28,834 nucleotides of DNA from Nitrospiraceae bacterium (GTDB lineage Bacteria > Nitrospirota > UBA9217): contig DMKB01000245.1 in assembly GCA_003454665.1 (NCBI GenBank), positions 2,779 through 31,612 on the forward strand. Reading direction: 5' to 3'. A program made the position numbers and the translations under genes. Under the pieces are notes generated by a model that saw only the letters and a program-made list of their open reading frames with translations, was not told the origin of the DNA and searched no databases. Of this stretch, positions 24,416-28,834 are shown piece after piece; the stretch's first letter is position 1, and the number at the start of each line of letters is the position of its first letter.

Positions 24416-24517
24416 GGCGAAAGTGAAGAAAAGTACAGAGGGGATCATCTGCAGAAAAAGGATGTCACGTAAAAGGCAGGACAAAAGTCGGGCCAGCCTC
24501 GGAACCGCTCTTTTGTT

Positions 24518-25756
24518 TCATGAGAGTTTCTTCATTACCAGCGAAGCGTTGATGCCGCCGAAGCCGAGTGAATTGGTCAATGCTGCTCGGATATCCTGTT
24601 TGCGTGCTTTGTTCGGGACATAGTCGAGGTCACATTCCGGGTCCGGATGCTCGTAATTAATGGTCGGCGGGATAATGCCTTCATGCAGCGAAAGTGCGGT
24701 CACGGCGGCCTCGACTGCACCGGCGGCGCCGAGCATGTGGCCGAGCATGGACTTCGGAGCGCTTACGGCGACCCTGCCGGCATGCGCACCGAAGGCCTTC
24801 CTTATTGCCCGTGTCTCTATCCTGTCGTTTTGCAGGGTCGACGTCCCGTGTGCGTTAATGTAGTCTATTGCTTCCGGTTCGAGCCCTGCATCGGCGAGTG
24901 AGCTGGCCATCGCCCGGTAAGGTCCGTCGCCCGCCGGATCGGGCTGCGTATAGTGGAAAGCATCAGAGGTCAGTCCGTACCCCACGAGTTCCGCATAGAT
25001 CGTCGCCCCCCGCTTCTCAGCCCCGCTTAGCTCCTCGATGACAAGGACGCCGGCCCCCTCGGAAAGGATAAAGCCGTCCCGCTCCCGGTCAAAAGGCCTG
25101 CTTGCCTGCGTGGGCTCGCTGTTTCTTTGAGAGAGCGCCCGTGCCTGGCAAAAACCGGCAAGGATGAGCGGCGTAAGCGCTGCCTCGGTGCCGCCGGCAA
25201 TGACGACGTCTGCATCGCCTCGCTGGATGATCTTCATGGCCTCTCCCAGGGCGTGCGTGCCCGTGGCGCAGGCTGTCGATACGTTGATGCAGGGTCCTTT
25301 CGCCCCCAGTTTCATCGAGATGTACCCCGAAGTCATGTTCACGAGGGACATGGGTGTGTAGAAGGCGGAGACGCCTTTCGGGCCCTTTGCCAGATAGGCG
25401 GCCGCATTTCTCTCCGTCGTTGTTACCCCGCCGCGCCCGGAACCGACAACGACACCGACACGGTGTGCAGGATACCCGCTCTTTTCCAACCCTGCGTCGT
25501 GGGCCGCCATGAGCGCCGCGGCCAGACCGTACTGAATACAGGGATCGGTTCGGTATGCTTCCTTCGGCGTCATATAATCACGGGCATCGAAATTCCTGAC
25601 CTCTCCGGCCATACGGCAGGAAAAGGCTGAGGCATCAAACCGGCTGATAGGCCCGACTCCGGAAACAGCCGAGATCAGCGCGTTCCATGTCGATGTAATC
25701 GTGTTGCCGAGAGGTGTTATTGCACCAAGGCCGGTGATGGCGACCCGCACGTTCAT
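24518..25756 (-). CDS. fabF: Beta-ketoacyl-ACP synthase II
   Basis: VAITGLGAITPLG; catalytic Cys in STACATG; His in NAHGTST and GHMLGAAG; NSLGFGGINA. ATG at 25756 preferred. Confidence 0.93.
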   Translation of the reverse strand: MNVRVAITGLGAITPLGNTITSTWNALISAVSGVGPISRFDASAFSCRMAGEVRNFDARDYMTPKEAYRTDPCIQYGLAAALMAAHDAGLEKSGYPAHRVGVVVGSGRGGVTTTERNAAAYLAKGPKGVSAFYTPMSLVNMTSGYISMKLGAKGPCINVSTACATGTHALGEAMKIIQRGDADVVIAGGTEAALTPLILAGFCQARALSQRNSEPTQASRPFDRERDGFILSEGAGVLVIEELSGAEKRGATIYAELVGYGLTSDAFHYTQPDPAGDGPYRAMASSLADAGLEPEAIDYINAHGTSTLQNDRIETRAIRKAFGAHAGRVAVSAPKSMLGHMLGAAGAVEAAVTALSLHEGIIPPTINYEHPDPECDLDYVPNKARKQDIRAALTNSLGFGGINASLVMKKLS

Positions 25757-25824
25757 GCGGTGCAGTATAAGACGTTTGCACATTTTTGTCAAAAAAATGC
25801 CTGCCTGAGGTTTCCGCGCTCAGT

Positions 25825-25852
25825 TTGACAACAGCGGATATTATGCTATAGT
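25825..25852 (+). promoter_or_regulatory. Sigma70 promoter for the DUF4912 gene
   Basis: TTGACA (25825-30), 16-bp spacer, TATAGT (25847-52), with extended TG. Confidence 0.65.
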
Positions 25853-25893
25853 TTTACCAGACTTAACCGAACTTGGAGAAAGGGGATTTGAAT

Positions 25894-26766
25894 ATGGAAA
25901 AGGCAGAATTGACGTCACTGCGTATGGATGAACTCAAAGCCCTGGCCAAGAAGATCAATATGGCACTCCCCGCAAAGGCGACGAAGGGGGACATCGTGAA
26001 TGCACTCCTGACAGCCGGACCTGCAAAGGGCAGGAAAGGGCCGGCGAAGAAGTCCGGAGTTTCGAAGAAACCGGCGGCAAAGAAGCGTTCAGGAAGCAAG
26101 CCTGCTGAAAAGCCTGCTGAAACTCCGAGCCATGAATGGAATATTCCCCCGGGCGTTGAGGAGCCTCTCCTGGCTCGGGAGCGCGCGGCGGGAGCAAAAT
26201 ACTATACCGGATCGGTGGAGCAGGGACCGGTCTCCTCCTATGATGAACTGCCTGAGGGCTACGGCGAGGAAAAGATCGTCCTGATGGCGCGGGACCCGTC
26301 CGTGGCGTACACCTACTGGGAGGTGACGCAGGCGAGAATCGAGAAAGAGAAGGCATGGCTCGGCTGGGACAGTCGGCTCTCGTTGCGGATCTACGATATT
26401 ACGGGCATACAGTTTGACGGTACCAACGCAAACGCCTATTACGATCAGGACGTGAGCGAGAACACCGGCACCTGGTACTTTGACCTTGACCGGCCGTCCC
26501 ACTCGTTCTGCGCCGATCTGGGACTGCTTTCGCCGAAAGCGAGATTTCTGACCCTCGCCCGTTCGAATTATATCACCATGCCGAGAGACAGCGTATCCGA
26601 TGAAATCGATGCAGAGTGGATCCTCATGGATGAAGAGTATTGGAAGCGGTACGGCTTCCCGGGCGGGCTCTCTTCTCCGGAGATGCAGGAGATGTGGAGG
26701 CGCCGGCACCTGCAGGAGATCACGTCTCCGGGATTCTTTTCCGTCGGAAGGCGTAAAGGCAAGTAG
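25894..26766 (+). CDS. DUF4912 domain protein with an N-terminal Rho_N-like helix-extension-helix and a Lys/Ala-rich linker
   Basis: LTSLRMDELKALAKKINM..KGDIVNALL (Rho_N-like), then ELPEGYGEEKIVLMARDPSVAYTYWEV..LRIYDITG..WYFDL..ADLG..LARSN (DUF4912 pattern). It sits in the usual position upstream of a GH57 gene. Confidence 0.85.
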   Translation: MEKAELTSLRMDELKALAKKINMALPAKATKGDIVNALLTAGPAKGRKGPAKKSGVSKKPAAKKRSGSKPAEKPAETPSHEWNIPPGVEEPLLARERAAGAKYYTGSVEQGPVSSYDELPEGYGEEKIVLMARDPSVAYTYWEVTQARIEKEKAWLGWDSRLSLRIYDITGIQFDGTNANAYYDQDVSENTGTWYFDLDRPSHSFCADLGLLSPKARFLTLARSNYITMPRDSVSDEIDAEWILMDEEYWKRYGFPGGLSSPEMQEMWRRRHLQEITSPGFFSVGRRKGK

Positions 26767-26824
26767 CTGTCCCTGCCGGCGATGTTTCCATGATACACGT
26801 GGCGCAATGGTACACAGGCATATT

Positions 26825-26854
26825 GTCCATCCTCTTTCGGATGGACTTTTTTTT
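26825..26854 (+). terminator. Intrinsic terminator between the DUF4912 and GH57 genes
   Basis: gtccatcc-tctttc-ggatggac followed by eight T. Confidence 0.8.
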
Positions 26855-26963
26855 GGGGGAACGTCACGGCACGAGGGGGTACATGAACTTCACCGGACAA
26901 GCACCCCATCCCGGAGACATCCAGCGCTGCAATCTGTAACCGTCCAAAACCGAGCGCGTTGCC

Positions 26964-26985
26964 GCATACGGCATCTTCCGTATGC
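26964..26985. other. 8-bp perfect hairpin in the GH57 leader
   Basis: gcatacgg-catctt-ccgtatgc, with no U-tract. Confidence 0.5.
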
Positions 26986-27025
26986 TTCGTCACTTCGCGA
27001 TTAATCATGGTTGCGTGGAGGTTGC

Positions 27026-28612
27026 ATGGAGAAGGGCTATCTCGCTCTGGTTCTGCACGGACACCTGCCTTTCGTAAGGCACCCGGAGCATGACCAGTTT
27101 CTCGAAGAGGACTGGCTGTACGAGGCCATCACCGAGACGTACATCCCGCTCCTCAACGTGTTTGAGGGACTGGTTAATGACGGCATTGACTTCCGCATTA
27201 CTATGAGTGTTACGCCCACTCTCGTCTCCATGCTTACGGACCCCCTGCTGCAGGAACGGTACCTGCGCCATGTCGACAAACTCGCAGAGTTGTCTCTGCG
27301 GGAACTAGAGCGCACGCGGACCCAGCCGGCTTTTCATCGCATCGCCCGGATGTACCACCATATGTTCGCACAGGCCCGCTCCGTCTTCGATGAGCAATAT
27401 GGCCGGAACCTGGTCGATGGGCTGAAGAAATTCCAGGACCGCGGCGTGGTGGAGTTCATCACCTGCGCGGCGACGCACGGATTCCTGCCGCTCATGCAGA
27501 CCCGTAATGCCGTACGGGCGCAGGTCATGGTCGCCGTGGAGCACCATACAAAACACTTCGGCCGCGCCCCCCGGGGCATGTGGCTGCCGGAGTGCGGATA
27601 TTACGAGGGGCTCGATGAAATCCTGAAGGAAGCGGGCATTCGTTACTTCTTTACCGACGCCCACGGTCTGTTCCATGCCTCACCGAGACCATCATACGGC
27701 GTCTACGCGCCTGTCACCACGCCCGCTGGTGTGGCCGCTTTCGGAAGAGATATCGAGTCGTCGGAACAGGTGTGGAGCACCAAGGAAGGCTATCCCGGAG
27801 ACGAGCGTTACCGTGATTTTTACCGTGACGCGGGCTTTGATCTGGACTATGATTATATCCGCCCCTATCTCCATGGCGACGGCATGCGAACAAACCTTGG
27901 TATCAAGTATTACAGAATTACGGGCCCGACGAACCGGAAAGAGCCCTACGTCCCGAAGGAGGCGCTTGGTGCGGCGGAGGAGCATGCAGAGGATTTTCTT
28001 GCGAGCCGTGAGCAACAGGCTGAGGAGCTTTTGAGCACCTTCCAGGTCAGGAAGCCGGTCATTGTTGCTCCCTATGACGCCGAGCTGTTCGGCCACTGGT
28101 GGTTCGAGGGCCCGCTCTGGCTCAATGCCCTCATGCGTAAAATTTATACCGGGCAGAAGACGATACGGATGATAACGCCGGGCGAGTATCTGGACGAGAA
28201 CCCTGGCTGTCAGGTTTCCTCGCCTTCCCCGTCGAGCTGGGGATATAAGGGGTATGCGGAAGTGTGGCTCGAAGGCTCGAACGACTGGATATACCGCCAC
28301 CTGCATAAAGCCGAAGAGAGGATGAGTGAACTCGCGCGGCTCCATCGGCACGCCGGGGGGTTGCTGGGCAGGGCGCTCAATCAGGCGGCGCGGGAGCTGC
28401 TTCTGGCGCAGAGTTCGGACTGGTCTTTTATCATGAAGACACAAAGCCACGTGGAGTATGCTGTCAGGAGAATCAAGGACCATCTGCTCGGCTTCACGCG
28501 ACTCTACGAGGAAATAAAAGAAAACCGTGTGGACGAAAACCATCTCCACGGTCTCGAGTCCAAAAATACCCTGTTCCCGGACATTGATTATCGCATCTAT
28601 GCCTCATCATAG
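27026..28612 (+). CDS. GH57 1,4-alpha-glucan branching enzyme (DUF1957 type)
   Basis: LVLHGHLPFV, THGFLPL, nucleophile GMWLPECGY, acid/base PYDAELFGHWWFEG and ELLLAQSSDWSF; GGAGG RBS before ATG at 27026. Confidence 0.94.
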   Translation: MEKGYLALVLHGHLPFVRHPEHDQFLEEDWLYEAITETYIPLLNVFEGLVNDGIDFRITMSVTPTLVSMLTDPLLQERYLRHVDKLAELSLRELERTRTQPAFHRIARMYHHMFAQARSVFDEQYGRNLVDGLKKFQDRGVVEFITCAATHGFLPLMQTRNAVRAQVMVAVEHHTKHFGRAPRGMWLPECGYYEGLDEILKEAGIRYFFTDAHGLFHASPRPSYGVYAPVTTPAGVAAFGRDIESSEQVWSTKEGYPGDERYRDFYRDAGFDLDYDYIRPYLHGDGMRTNLGIKYYRITGPTNRKEPYVPKEALGAAEEHAEDFLASREQQAEELLSTFQVRKPVIVAPYDAELFGHWWFEGPLWLNALMRKIYTGQKTIRMITPGEYLDENPGCQVSSPSPSSWGYKGYAEVWLEGSNDWIYRHLHKAEERMSELARLHRHAGGLLGRALNQAARELLLAQSSDWSFIMKTQSHVEYAVRRIKDHLLGFTRLYEEIKENRVDENHLHGLESKNTLFPDIDYRIYASS

Positions 28613-28713
28613 CAATGAAGGAACGGGGTGCGTGTACCGCACTCAAGCGCCGAGTATTTGGAAGTAAGAAAAAAGTCGGCCATATGTACGGTTTTATGAT
28701 AGGATTGTATCGT

Positions 28714-28834
28714 CAGGAGACAGGAGATCAGAGCACAGACATCAGAATACAGACAACAGATGTGAGACGAGAGACTACGGATAAAAGACAGTAGGCAGTG
28801 CTAAACTTTTAGGCATCAGGCATCAGGCATCAGG
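28714..28834. repeat. Degenerate heptamer tandem array, truncated by the window edge
   Basis: caggaga caggaga t cagagca cagacat cagaata cagacaa cagatgt gagacga gagacta cggataa aagacag taggcag ... taggcat caggcat caggcat cagg. Confidence 0.8.

Overview
A 28.8-kb, GC-rich bacterial chromosomal window. Its gene styles resemble Nitrospirota/Desulfobacterota, which is inference only. Left, on the minus strand: a HAD hydrolase, a GAF-PAS-PAS-GAF hybrid kinase, a stand-alone gltB, and a CHASE-PAS hybrid kinase that runs off the left edge and is missing from the ORF track. Then, on the plus strand: tandem GAF-GGDEF paralogs (one catalytically intact, one degenerate), a FixH/YtkA-like protein with a histidine kinase, sigma54 response regulator and CopZ, class II FBP aldolase, a conserved hypothetical plus apbE, and an arsP-thioredoxin-arsR-arsC cluster. 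These are followed by a HesB/IscA-like gene with an in-frame UGA and a SECIS-like hairpin (a predicted selenoprotein that the ORF track splits), and a secreted protein made of two copies of an unrecognised Cys-bracketed domain. The right end holds fabF (minus strand) and a Rho_N/DUF4912 gene plus a GH57 branching enzyme. Four intergenic sites carry degenerate inverted repeats or arrays built from 7-mer or 8-9-mer units, one nested inside the two-component operon. No rRNA, tRNA, CRISPR array, transposase or integrase was seen.
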